Source: a virus
Reading direction: 5' to 3' (one strand)
DNA length: 64,000 nt
IMG/VR virus record: IMGVR_UViG_3300042691_053605
Span: 1-64,000 of that record
Every line of letters begins with the position of its first letter. The stretch's first letter is position 1. Both the position numbers and the translations under genes were made by a program. Below are positions 26,393 through 34,894 of this stretch, one piece after another. A model generated the notes under the pieces. That model was not told the origin of the DNA. It searched no databases and saw nothing but the letters and a program-made list of their open reading frames with translations.

Positions 26393-26890
26393 CTATTTGA
26401 TATTTTTAAGAGCAAATTCAATTAGCTCTAGTGCAGGTTTTTCAACATCCTTTTCAACCTTAAAGATTGCACGGTTACCGTAAGGCTGAAAATTTGTATC
26501 AAAGGCTTTCTTATTAGAAATAAACATATCGGCAACTTTCTTTGCCATTCCTTTTGGATCGGCTTTAAGCTCTTCTAGATTTGTAACTATATTATTGCCA
26601 GGTGAACCAATGTATCTCTTATCTCCTCTGTCGTCTTCAGATCCGTACCCGGATCTGATAAACAGATTTCCATTATGTGGTTCAATGGCAATAAGAACAA
26701 TATTTGGTCTGTCCAAAAAGTTTACAGTTTTGTCATTACCAAATACTTCTCCAGAATAGAAGACGTAAATATCTCTATTTGAATCTTTTTTTACTTCAGG
26801 CTTTTGGCCGTTCCAAAGACTTGCACTGATAGTTGCCTTTTCAGCAGCAGCCTCATTTAAGAAACTTTCAAATGTACTTATGTGTTTCAT
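26393..26890 (-). CDS. hypothetical protein with CTS-like N-terminus
   Basis: MKHISTFESFLNEA. Confidence 0.8.
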   Translation of the reverse strand: MKHISTFESFLNEAAAEKATISASLWNGQKPEVKKDSNRDIYVFYSGEVFGNDKTVNFLDRPNIVLIAIEPHNGNLFIRSGYGSEDDRGDKRYIGSPGNNIVTNLEELKADPKGMAKKVADMFISNKKAFDTNFQPYGNRAIFKVEKDVEKPALELIEFALKNIK

Positions 26891-27411
26891 AGGTCACCGA
26901 CTCTTTTAATTTTTACTTCTTTCTTATTGTTGGATCCAACCGCTTTTACCGCGGTTCCTTTTTGTAACTTAAACATATCAGAATTCTTTACAATGATTGA
27001 TCCTAAAGTATCACGAAGAGGATCACCGTCCATAAAGTACAGCGAATCGCTGTCGTCGTTTTGTCTTTCAAACCCAGCAATTTTTGTATTAACTACACCA
27101 GAATCAGTGGTAATTTCATACTGACCTGCAATTTTTACGTTATATGGAATTGGCTTATACGCTTCCACCAATTCGCTTTCTTTTACTATTATTGCGCGAG
27201 TTCCAAAACGTTCTTTTACCAAACGAATAGCCGTACGAGCTTTACCACTATTTTCTACTTCAAATACGGTAGGCTTAACTTTTGTGTACTTAACACCGTT
27301 AGCTTTTAAGTCTCTTTCCATTGAATCTGCTGCAGACTTTGTAAGAGTAACCGTTATCGTGTCAGAAGTATTTTCGCTTAAAAAGCTTTCAAATGTATGT
27401 ACGTGTTTCAT
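26887..27411 (-). CDS. hypothetical protein with CTS-like N-terminus
   Basis: MKHVHTFESFLSEN. Confidence 0.8.
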   Translation of the reverse strand: MKHVHTFESFLSENTSDTITVTLTKSAADSMERDLKANGVKYTKVKPTVFEVENSGKARTAIRLVKERFGTRAIIVKESELVEAYKPIPYNVKIAGQYEITTDSGVVNTKIAGFERQNDDSDSLYFMDGDPLRDTLGSIIVKNSDMFKLQKGTAVKAVGSNNKKEVKIKRVGDL

Positions 27412-27791
27412 TAGTATGACAATTTTATTTCAATTTCTTGACGTTTCTTAATTAACGATTCAATTTCACTATCAACTATATTAAGCCGACTTCCATAACG
27501 ATTTGCATCATCATCGGTCCAAGAAGTGCCTTTTTGTCCGGCTTCAGCTTCCATATCGTCATAAATGTTTCTACGCTCAGCATACGCATCTTTTAGATCT
27601 TGCGCAATGTCCCAAAGCTGATTTTCTAAAGCTTCTCTCTTTTTACCGTAAACTCTTTTTTTCATTCTTTCAGCTTGGTCGGCGGCTTTCTTTTCTCGGT
27701 CCATTCTAGAAGCTCGGATTGCCACTAATACCGGGTCATTTTGATCTAGACCTTCATTTAGGAATCCTCCAAATGTGTGTAAATGTTTCAT
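27411..27791 (-). CDS. coiled-coil protein with CTS-like N-terminus
   Basis: Likely start MKHLHTFGGFLNEG. Confidence 0.78.
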   Translation of the reverse strand: MKHLHTFGGFLNEGLDQNDPVLVAIRASRMDREKKAADQAERMKKRVYGKKREALENQLWDIAQDLKDAYAERRNIYDDMEAEAGQKGTSWTDDDANRYGSRLNIVDSEIESLIKKRQEIEIKLSY

Positions 27792-27793
27792 TC

Positions 27794-28015
27794 TTATCTC
27801 CATTTTTTATCAAGCGTATCTATTACCTGATTGATAAGTGTACTTAACTCATCAGGATTGATATCATTCTTCTTCATATAGGCATCAAACAGATTTTGAC
27901 GTGAACCTAATTTCAAAACATCCGAAATAAAGTTACCCGCGTCAAACTGATCTACTTTTCGAAGTTCTTTTTCATTGACTTTATTGAAGTCGTTAAACGA
28001 TTGAATGTTTTTCAT
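27794..28015 (-). CDS. hypothetical protein with CTS-like N-terminus
   Basis: MKNIQSFNDFNKVNE. Confidence 0.72.
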   Translation of the reverse strand: MKNIQSFNDFNKVNEKELRKVDQFDAGNFISDVLKLGSRQNLFDAYMKKNDINPDELSTLINQVIDTLDKKWR

Positions 28016-28028
28016 ACTTTTAATTTAA

Positions 28029-28090
28029 TAGTATAAAGGTAATACAATTTTTTCAAATAAAAAAATGTTTTGACCTAAACTTATTAACAA
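28029..28090 (-). promoter_or_regulatory. putative early/host-type promoter (TTGTTAATAA-N43-TTTATACTA)
   Basis: Second copy of the 10624..10685 element; contains TACCTTTA. Confidence 0.45.
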
Positions 28091-28092
28091 AT

Positions 28093-28674
28093 TTATTTTA
28101 TGTATTTACGCATTTCTTCGTAATACTTCCAGAGCTCTTTTGGCATCAGACTTTCAAAAGCCTTTTTATCATCATCACGTAGCGCTTGACGAACTTTTGT
28201 GCCGCTCGGTCCATCGCCTTCGCGAGTATCTACAAGTTTCAATGAAAAAGCTGGATCTACCGGTGTATCGGTTTTAGGACCTTTAATGTATTCCACTTGA
28301 CGCTCGTAATCTTTCATACGATCTGCACCGGCGCCAAGTCCCATAGGCTCGTACGCGTTATCTCTTAAAAAACGTACAAACCAAGGAATAACGGTCTTTC
28401 CGTAATTTTGTGGATAAATGAAATAGTCTGCAATAAAGGAATGACCTTTAACTATGTCATTTCCCATTTTCTGCAAAAGAGAATCTGGGAACGGCGATTC
28501 CTCATTTTTTGAAAGAATTTGTAACGGAATTACTGGCAATCCAAACAACTCAGAGGTTTTCTTCATTGCGGCCAAATGCCCGTTATGAAAAGGCTGAAAT
28601 CTTCCTGGGAAGAAAACTACCTTTCTGCTGCCAGCTTCAAAAACAAAGCTTTCAAATGTTTTGACGTATTTCAT
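28093..28674 (-). CDS. HIGH-family nucleotidyltransferase (cytidylyltransferase/NMNAT-like) with CTS-like N-terminus
   Basis: MKYVKTFESFVFEAG; FPGRFQPFHNGH, GAGADR, SGTKVR. Confidence 0.85.
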   Translation of the reverse strand: MKYVKTFESFVFEAGSRKVVFFPGRFQPFHNGHLAAMKKTSELFGLPVIPLQILSKNEESPFPDSLLQKMGNDIVKGHSFIADYFIYPQNYGKTVIPWFVRFLRDNAYEPMGLGAGADRMKDYERQVEYIKGPKTDTPVDPAFSLKLVDTREGDGPSGTKVRQALRDDDKKAFESLMPKELWKYYEEMRKYIK

Positions 28675-28675
28675 A

Positions 28676-29998
28676 TTACTTTTTGTAAGCAAGAATGCTT
28701 CTTATTTGATGTAACGGAGCAAAGATTCCGGTGTACTTGTACAGGTTTCCTTTGAATACAAAGGTTATACCTTCGGTTGGCACAATAGATTCTAAACCAC
28801 CAGCCGCGGCAACCCGTGTTAATTCATGCTCTAATTTTTCCACATCCTTTTCATCACCGTTTGTACGAACTTTTGCAATGGTATCATCAATTTCCTTTCG
28901 CATAGCTTGTGTAGCTTGAGTTGGATTTGCTGATAGGAAGGCGCTGATGTTTTTCATCATTTCAGTACCTATCTCTAAAAACAGACTTTCAAGTGGAGCA
29001 TAGATTTTTCTTTTTAGAGCCTTTCCTTTGTCCTTTTCTAATGTGATAAACCAATCAGCGGCAGGGCCTAAATCTTTCTTAAGTGTAGCAACGGTATATG
29101 ACTTATCAATATCAGCCAATCGACGGGCTAAACCATCAACCGCAATTTCTGGAATTTCCACTTTAGCCGCCTTTGCCTCTTCAAGAAGAATACGCTTTCC
29201 CATACCCAATGCATAATCACCAACAGTACTGCTGGGATTACATCCGCTTTCTGACATTACATCAGAAAGCTTCTTTTCATAATAGGCAGCGCGAGCTTTT
29301 GTATTTGGAAATGGAGTAGAAGCAATATCTTGCGGACCGCGAACATAAAATTTCTTTTGGGCGGCAGCATTTGCATCTGCAATTAATTTTCCTAAATCTC
29401 GGCCGGCTTGCTTATCTTCGCCAATTGCGTTTCCAGCGTCATCGTGTTCAACCACTCCGTGAAGAACTAACATGTCCTTTCCGTACGGAACTGTATTTTG
29501 AGTAATCGGGGTAATCACTTCTACGGAAGCAAACTTTTTACCTTCATCAAAATACTTCTTCTTATCGGCATCTGATAGTTTTCCGATTGCTCCTTCTAAA
29601 TCCGCCATTGCAGCATTATACGCAGTTTCAATATCTCCACGACCAGCAAATAAGCTGGCAATCCCACTTCTGTCCAACGCAGCTTCTCCCGCATTTTTTA
29701 GATGGGACTTGTTTCGAGCGGCAATTAGCTTCCCGCCTTTCCAAGAGATCATGATATTTTGGCCATCCGTCTTCTCTTGCACAAAGTTTTCTGGACCAAA
29801 TGCTCCATTTACGGTAGAGCTGATCATATCTTTTAGGTCTTGCATAGTTAGACCAACATCCTCAAAAGGATGACTGATATGACCGTATGCTCCACCTTCA
29901 AAAAGCTGTTCTTCATAGAGACCAGCCGATTCATCCATTTTCATCAGCTCAATAAGAGCAGATTCTCGGAGAAACTGGGTATAACTTTTAAGACTCAT
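28676..29998 (-). CDS. RNA-ligase-like covalent nucleotidyltransferase with CTS-like N-terminus
   Basis: MSLKSYTQFLRES; GHISHPFE, motif I EKTDGQN, ARNK, EGITF, YKYTG. Confidence 0.65.
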   Translation of the reverse strand: MSLKSYTQFLRESALIELMKMDESAGLYEEQLFEGGAYGHISHPFEDVGLTMQDLKDMISSTVNGAFGPENFVQEKTDGQNIMISWKGGKLIAARNKSHLKNAGEAALDRSGIASLFAGRGDIETAYNAAMADLEGAIGKLSDADKKKYFDEGKKFASVEVITPITQNTVPYGKDMLVLHGVVEHDDAGNAIGEDKQAGRDLGKLIADANAAAQKKFYVRGPQDIASTPFPNTKARAAYYEKKLSDVMSESGCNPSSTVGDYALGMGKRILLEEAKAAKVEIPEIAVDGLARRLADIDKSYTVATLKKDLGPAADWFITLEKDKGKALKRKIYAPLESLFLEIGTEMMKNISAFLSANPTQATQAMRKEIDDTIAKVRTNGDEKDVEKLEHELTRVAAAGGLESIVPTEGITFVFKGNLYKYTGIFAPLHQIRSILAYKK

Positions 29999-30047
29999 AT
30001 TACTGTGCTTATGTGATCCTGAAGTTTTTATTGAAACTTCTTTTCAC

Positions 30048-30467
30048 TTACTTTTTTTCTGTGTCGATCTCGCCTTCTGCATTAACCTCAGTACCTTGTT
30101 CTTCCTCTTTCTTTGGCTCAGCAGCTTTTACCTCTCCACCTTTTGGAGTTTCTTCAGCAGCAGGAACTTCTTCGGTTTCTTCAGTAGGTTTTGCAGCAGG
30201 GATTTCACCTTCTTTAACACCAGCTTCTTCTTTCTCTTTTTCTACCTTTTCTTTTGCAGAATCTTTTACCCCTTTTCCGGCTTCCCAGTCAGCAGCAATT
30301 TCATTAAAGAATTCTTTTTTCTTCTCTTCATCAAGATCTGCAGGTGAATCTACTCCGTACTTTGAAAGTTTTGCTTGGAAGTAATCTTGGTAAGATTTTT
30401 GTAAGTCAGATTTTTTTGCTTCTTCAGCTTCGCGGATTGAACCGATCCATTCACTAAATTTTTTCAT
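30048..30467 (-). CDS. acidic low-complexity protein, possible head core/scaffold
   Basis: MKKFSEW; YQDYFQAKLSKYGVDSPADLDEEKKKEFF; E/K/P-rich tail. Confidence 0.6.
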   Translation of the reverse strand: MKKFSEWIGSIREAEEAKKSDLQKSYQDYFQAKLSKYGVDSPADLDEEKKKEFFNEIAADWEAGKGVKDSAKEKVEKEKEEAGVKEGEIPAAKPTEETEEVPAAEETPKGGEVKAAEPKKEEEQGTEVNAEGEIDTEKK

Positions 30468-30484
30468 TGTTATGATTTTTATTT

Positions 30485-30871
30485 TTATGACATTCCTATC
30501 ATGTTTTGGAATTTTGAGTAGTATTTATCCGTTTCCTCGCTAAGAATTTTTGTGACCTCTCCTTGATCCATCCCTACAAGTTCTGCTAACATAATGATAA
30601 TATCCTCATCAATTCTTAACTTTCGGTCTAACGCATGGACGTACGTGGTAATACACTGATTAATTTTTGTCTCTTTTGCCTTATCACCTTTTGCCTTTGG
30701 CCAAAAAATATCAAGCAGCACAGAACGCATTCCATCCAGCGTGGGATCGGAATGATTTTTACCCATAGAAACCGGGTTATTGGTAGTTCTTAATGAATGT
30801 GAGCTGGAATCTTTCATATTTCCAGCGCCTGCCGCGTAACCTTCAGAAAGAAACTCTAAAAAAGACTGCAT
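30485..30871 (-). CDS. hypothetical protein with CTS-like N-terminus
   Basis: MQSFLEFLSEG. Confidence 0.75.
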   Translation of the reverse strand: MQSFLEFLSEGYAAGAGNMKDSSSHSLRTTNNPVSMGKNHSDPTLDGMRSVLLDIFWPKAKGDKAKETKINQCITTYVHALDRKLRIDEDIIIMLAELVGMDQGEVTKILSEETDKYYSKFQNMIGMS

Positions 30872-30886
30872 TCTTTGACATTTTTT

Positions 30887-30895
30887 CTATATATC
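30887..30895 (-). promoter_or_regulatory. putative late promoter GATATATAG heading the CTS-tagged array
   Basis: Recurring motif, 15 nt upstream of the start at 30871. Confidence 0.6.
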
Positions 30896-30896
30896 T

Positions 30897-32426
30897 CTAG
30901 AATTGTACTTTATATAGCTTATAGGGGAATCCCTGTTCCTTATAGATCTTCATGCGGTCTTCACCGTGTTTCATTAAATAGTTTTTGTTTCTTGGAGAAA
31001 GCGAAAAGTCATCAACAAAATCAATGATATTTACCTTCTCTTTGCCTTCATATAAACGCATGCCTCGACCAATTGACTGGCGTACAATCTTTTCGCTCTT
31101 ATAGGATTCTACAAAGAAAACATTATGTATATTATTGATAGAAATACCGGTGGAAAAAGTTCCAAAAGAGGCAATCATAACTTTGTTGGTTCCTTCCTCC
31201 ATTCTCTTAATATAATCCTCGCGCAAATCCGGCGGGGTGCTGCCGTCCACATAAAATACCTCTTTGTCAACTGTATTTTCTCGAATGTAGTCATAAATTC
31301 TACGCCCGTATGCGTCTTTTACATTTTGAAAGAGCACCAGTGAATTTTTGGTAGTTTTACAAATAAAGTTACAAACATAGAGAAAACGCGGACGGTTTTC
31401 TACCACCATTCTCTTTTCAATTTCAAGGAGTTTAGCCCCATCAATATCGCCACTATTTTTCTGGTCGCGTAAGGCTTCCAGTTTTTCCCGTACGTCATGC
31501 GACATATAGTCCATCTGTACAATCTTTACCTGTATAGGTGTGGCGTATTTGTTTTCTGTTAAGAAAGATGCACTGATGTTATTTACCTGTGGACCCAGAT
31601 ATGCCTGAATGGTTAGAGCCTCTGTACTGCCATTTTGTAACATGGTTCCAGACAGACCTACCGCATAGGTAGCGTCCATACAGTTTACCAGGATTTTCTT
31701 AATGGAACTTGCATTTGTATGATGAGCCTCATCTACAAGTACTGCATCAATTCCTTCAAAGAAGTGGAGTTCTCTTTTTACCAAGGACTGATAAGTACCA
31801 ATAATTAGTTCTACCTCTTTCTTGGTTTTATCTGTACCACCGTGTATTAATTGGGTGATAAAGTCCATTTTCTTGTTATTGTAGAGCTCAAAGTCCTCAT
31901 TTGTTTGTAATATCAAATTGGTATTTGGAACTACAATCATCAAACGGTTTGCCTTTTTTCGGTCAATCATATAGGCAAACAGCATAAACATAATCAGAGT
32001 TTTACCTGCTGATGTTGCAATTTCACTGATGTTTCGGCGGTACTTTAAGATTGGTATGCACGCATCAATTTGATAATCGCGAGGCTTAATTTTTGGATGA
32101 TCACTAAAGAAATCAGAGACCCATCCGCGAAAGTCGGCTTCATCAAATTCATGATCTATAACTTCATTGAATCCAGCAACTTCTAATTTGAAATGATATT
32201 TATCACAGACCTGGTTGAGTTCATTCCATAGTCCTACGGGTATACGATTGTATCGGTCAATAAAAGATATGTAACCATCCCATACGCGTTTTTTCACTAG
32301 CGGATGGAACCTCCAGTTACTGATGCGTTTTTTGAATGAATGACGGATTTGATCCATCTCCAACTCATTAGCATCAGTGATCTGAATAAACCTCTTATCC
32401 GGCGTTATTTCAGCTTTCACTTGCAT
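30897..32426 (-). CDS. uvsW: SF2 DNA helicase UvsW
   Basis: PRDYQ, ATSAGKT, TYQSL, VDEAH, GLSGT, FSTGISI, QSIGRGMR. Confidence 0.92.
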   Translation of the reverse strand: MQVKAEITPDKRFIQITDANELEMDQIRHSFKKRISNWRFHPLVKKRVWDGYISFIDRYNRIPVGLWNELNQVCDKYHFKLEVAGFNEVIDHEFDEADFRGWVSDFFSDHPKIKPRDYQIDACIPILKYRRNISEIATSAGKTLIMFMLFAYMIDRKKANRLMIVVPNTNLILQTNEDFELYNNKKMDFITQLIHGGTDKTKKEVELIIGTYQSLVKRELHFFEGIDAVLVDEAHHTNASSIKKILVNCMDATYAVGLSGTMLQNGSTEALTIQAYLGPQVNNISASFLTENKYATPIQVKIVQMDYMSHDVREKLEALRDQKNSGDIDGAKLLEIEKRMVVENRPRFLYVCNFICKTTKNSLVLFQNVKDAYGRRIYDYIRENTVDKEVFYVDGSTPPDLREDYIKRMEEGTNKVMIASFGTFSTGISINNIHNVFFVESYKSEKIVRQSIGRGMRLYEGKEKVNIIDFVDDFSLSPRNKNYLMKHGEDRMKIYKEQGFPYKLYKVQF

Positions 32427-33204
32427 TAGAGTTATTTTTAAGAGTTTTAAGGTACTCGATTATTGGTTTTTTATTCCAATTTTTATGATAGTTTTCGCAA
32501 AGTTCCGAAAATTGTTTCTTTGCTATTTCTAAGTCTTCATCTTCTAAAATAATTGCCTGAATTCCACCTGGGTGAGCAATCCAGACCTCGGCGCGCTTTA
32601 CGTGTCTACCAGTTCTCTCCTCGTAGGCAATAGAATACGCGCCTAATTGTTTTTTGTACTTGGAAATTTGATCCTCTCCGCGAGGTGAACTTGCGCTCTT
32701 AAAATCTCCAAGAATATCTCCAGTTGGAGTTTCCTCTGCATCAATATAACCAAAATCCGCAGTTCCTGCAAACCCAAACTGGTGAGACCATAAGAACTTT
32801 TCAGAAAAGATTGGTTTTTTCATCTGTTCAAACAAGGAGGATTCCAACATATTGTAAAAGAGATCTCGCCCTTTTGCAATAGTTGCATCATCAAATTTTC
32901 CTGCCAAATCTTTTGCAGTTTTTTTCTGTGCATAAAGCAAACACTCGTCAGACTTTCCTCGATAGCCTATACACACCAAATAGTTTTCCAAAAAAGTGTG
33001 CATAACAGTACCGCGGTCCGCGGCTTTTCTTGATATTTTTGCCAGTTCCTCTTCACCAATATCTGAGGCTAATTTTTCTAACCAAGGCGCGGGCTCGAAA
33101 GAGAGCACGGTTGTTACTGATGGATAGATGTTAATCTCATCTCCGGACTTTACCATGTAAACTCGACCGTGTGGAGTATCTACTCTTTTTATTTGTTGGT
33201 TCAT
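32410..33204 (-). CDS. PD-(D/E)XK exonuclease
   Basis: YPSVTTVL, RGTVMH, AGTAD, DFKSA, QLGAY. Confidence 0.85.
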   Translation of the reverse strand: MNQQIKRVDTPHGRVYMVKSGDEINIYPSVTTVLSFEPAPWLEKLASDIGEEELAKISRKAADRGTVMHTFLENYLVCIGYRGKSDECLLYAQKKTAKDLAGKFDDATIAKGRDLFYNMLESSLFEQMKKPIFSEKFLWSHQFGFAGTADFGYIDAEETPTGDILGDFKSASSPRGEDQISKYKKQLGAYSIAYEERTGRHVKRAEVWIAHPGGIQAIILEDEDLEIAKKQFSELCENYHKNWNKKPIIEYLKTLKNNSNASES

Positions 33205-33668
33205 CCTCTTCTGTATTCTTCCAGGGCTATTCGGTGTTTAACACCATAGGATATAGTATCAATGCTTCTAAGAGTTTCTCTCATAAATTCAAGGTGGTTC
33301 TGCAAGATTTCTCTTCGTTCCACTAAATCTGCAAGATCCACATCAATAAACAGCATTTTAGGATCCTTATCTAGCCGTAGATCGTAATTTTGAGTGTAGT
33401 GTAAAAATCGCTCGCGTTTCCGTTCCCGGTAAATTCGATTGACTTTTGAAGAATGAGCTACAAGTTCATGTACATATTCACCAGCGATTTGTCTCTGTGA
33501 ATAGAGGTCAGTTAGCATTTCTGCTACATCATATATGTTTCTCAGTCTTTCTGATAGAGACTGTACAACTTCTGACCACTTTTCTCGCTCTTTTGAAAAA
33601 CGTACGTATAACGCATCATTTTTAGAAGAGGTTTCCATTTCCTGTGTCCTTTCTTCTGACATACACAT
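33201..33668 (-). CDS. uvsY: recombination mediator UvsY-like
   Basis: Helical 155-aa protein; RFLHY, FIDVD, LEFMRETLRSI..ISYGVKHRI pattern; gene context. Confidence 0.6.
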   Translation of the reverse strand: MCMSEERTQEMETSSKNDALYVRFSKEREKWSEVVQSLSERLRNIYDVAEMLTDLYSQRQIAGEYVHELVAHSSKVNRIYRERKRERFLHYTQNYDLRLDKDPKMLFIDVDLADLVERREILQNHLEFMRETLRSIDTISYGVKHRIALEEYRRG

Positions 33669-33876
33669 TTATTTTAGTGTCTGACTTCTTCTTCGGGGCT
33701 GTCGCCTCAAATTGAGTCAGAGTATTTATTTCAGGCAAATCTGTGTTGAAACTAGCTATGCCTTTGAGTTTTTCTGGTACTTCTAACCATAAATCATCAG
33801 ATCCAATATGCGTCGTATCCGTTGGTTGAGAAGTAATCTCCGAATCTTGGTAGTTCAATTCCTTTTCTTTTTGCAT
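33622..33876 (-). CDS. hypothetical protein (start uncertain)
   Basis: Fills the gap between primase and uvsY and overlaps both. Confidence 0.35.
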   Translation of the reverse strand: MQKEKELNYQDSEITSQPTDTTHIGSDDLWLEVPEKLKGIASFNTDLPEINTLTQFEATAPKKKSDTKINVYVRRKDTGNGNLF

Positions 33877-34882
33877 ATATTAATAGGTCAGATAGGTCCA
33901 ATTTCTTATTAGGAGACTGTTCAATACCCGCGGCTTGCAGGTACTTTTTCCATAAGAAAACAGGATATCCTTCCTCAATTTTTTTCATAGCGGCCTCGCG
34001 ACCAGCAATATCATAATCATACATATACCGAAGCTTACCCATTTCCAGTGGAAAGTCATTTTTAGAGGAACATGTTGCAACCGCGTTCTTAAATAGGAAA
34101 CTATCAAGAGGTCCTTCGAACACCGTTATGGGCATCTTAAAGTCCAGATTAAGTATACCAAATGAAATTGATATCTTGTCAATCTCGATCACCTCTGCGG
34201 TTGGTTGTACACCTAAATCTTCATAGATACGGGAAAGTTTCCAGGTCATATATTTTGGCTTTGACTTGAAATTTCTAATTTGAAAGCCAAGAACCTTTTC
34301 TGTACCAGGAATGATATGATATATGTAGAGTTTTTCAGATTCTGCATCCCAAGAAAACTTGGTAAATTCCGGTTGTAGCCTTTTCTTTAGGTAACTGAAA
34401 ATACGGCTGTGATCAATTGGAGATGCGCCATAAAATTCATCCAGTTTTTGACGATCAAACGATACCCGTTCCAGGACACCGCGATCTAAAAAAACAAAAG
34501 GATCAATCTTTTTGGTAGTAAAAGAAGTTTCGGTTTGCTGACTGTTTACATATACAATTTCATCGGTATCAAGTCTTTTTGAAAAGTCTTTTAATATACC
34601 GTTAATTGTACGATGTTTTCCACAGTTATAGCAGTGATAACCGTAATTTTGTAAGTAGAGATTTCCGCGCTTTTTGTGAAGGTCACTATAAGAATCTCCG
34701 CAATACGGGCAGGCAAAATTAAACCTACCTATTTTTTCCGATATTCTCCTCTTCTCCTGCTCAGGAAAGCGCGAGTCCAGTATTTCTTGTAGAAGATTCT
34801 TAATCTTTTCATTCAGTTCCGCTGGAACGACTTCCTTTGATTCAAAAGAAAAGGAGAATGAGTCAAACCCATTCTCCTTCAT
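33797..34882 (-). CDS. DNA primase (T4 gp61-like)
   Basis: Zn finger FACPYCGDS...HCYNC; TOPRIM FEGPLDSF, YDYD. Confidence 0.9.
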   Translation of the reverse strand: MKENGFDSFSFSFESKEVVPAELNEKIKNLLQEILDSRFPEQEKRRISEKIGRFNFACPYCGDSYSDLHKKRGNLYLQNYGYHCYNCGKHRTINGILKDFSKRLDTDEIVYVNSQQTETSFTTKKIDPFVFLDRGVLERVSFDRQKLDEFYGASPIDHSRIFSYLKKRLQPEFTKFSWDAESEKLYIYHIIPGTEKVLGFQIRNFKSKPKYMTWKLSRIYEDLGVQPTAEVIEIDKISISFGILNLDFKMPITVFEGPLDSFLFKNAVATCSSKNDFPLEMGKLRYMYDYDIAGREAAMKKIEEGYPVFLWKKYLQAAGIEQSPNKKLDLSDLLIYAKRKGIELPRFGDYFSTNGYDAYWI

Positions 34883-34894
34883 ATGTAGAAACGA

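Larger units (their letters stand above)
24469..28674 (-). repeat. dispersed 23-24 nt repeat (A/G)TGAARTACGTMAARACATTTGA(A) at gene starts
   Basis: Copies at 24469..24492, 25173..25196, 25701..25723 and 28651..28674, encoding MKYVKTFE. Confidence 0.8.

Noticed and set aside
24469-28674. MKYVKTFE-coding repeats as a CRISPR array or integron attC sites
   Set aside because: Copies are in-frame gene starts spaced 0.5-3 kb apart and not palindromic; no cas or integrase gene is present
32410-33204. PD-(D/E)XK nuclease as Cas4
   Set aside because: No Fe-S cysteine cluster and no cas context; it sits in the uvsW-uvsY-primase operon
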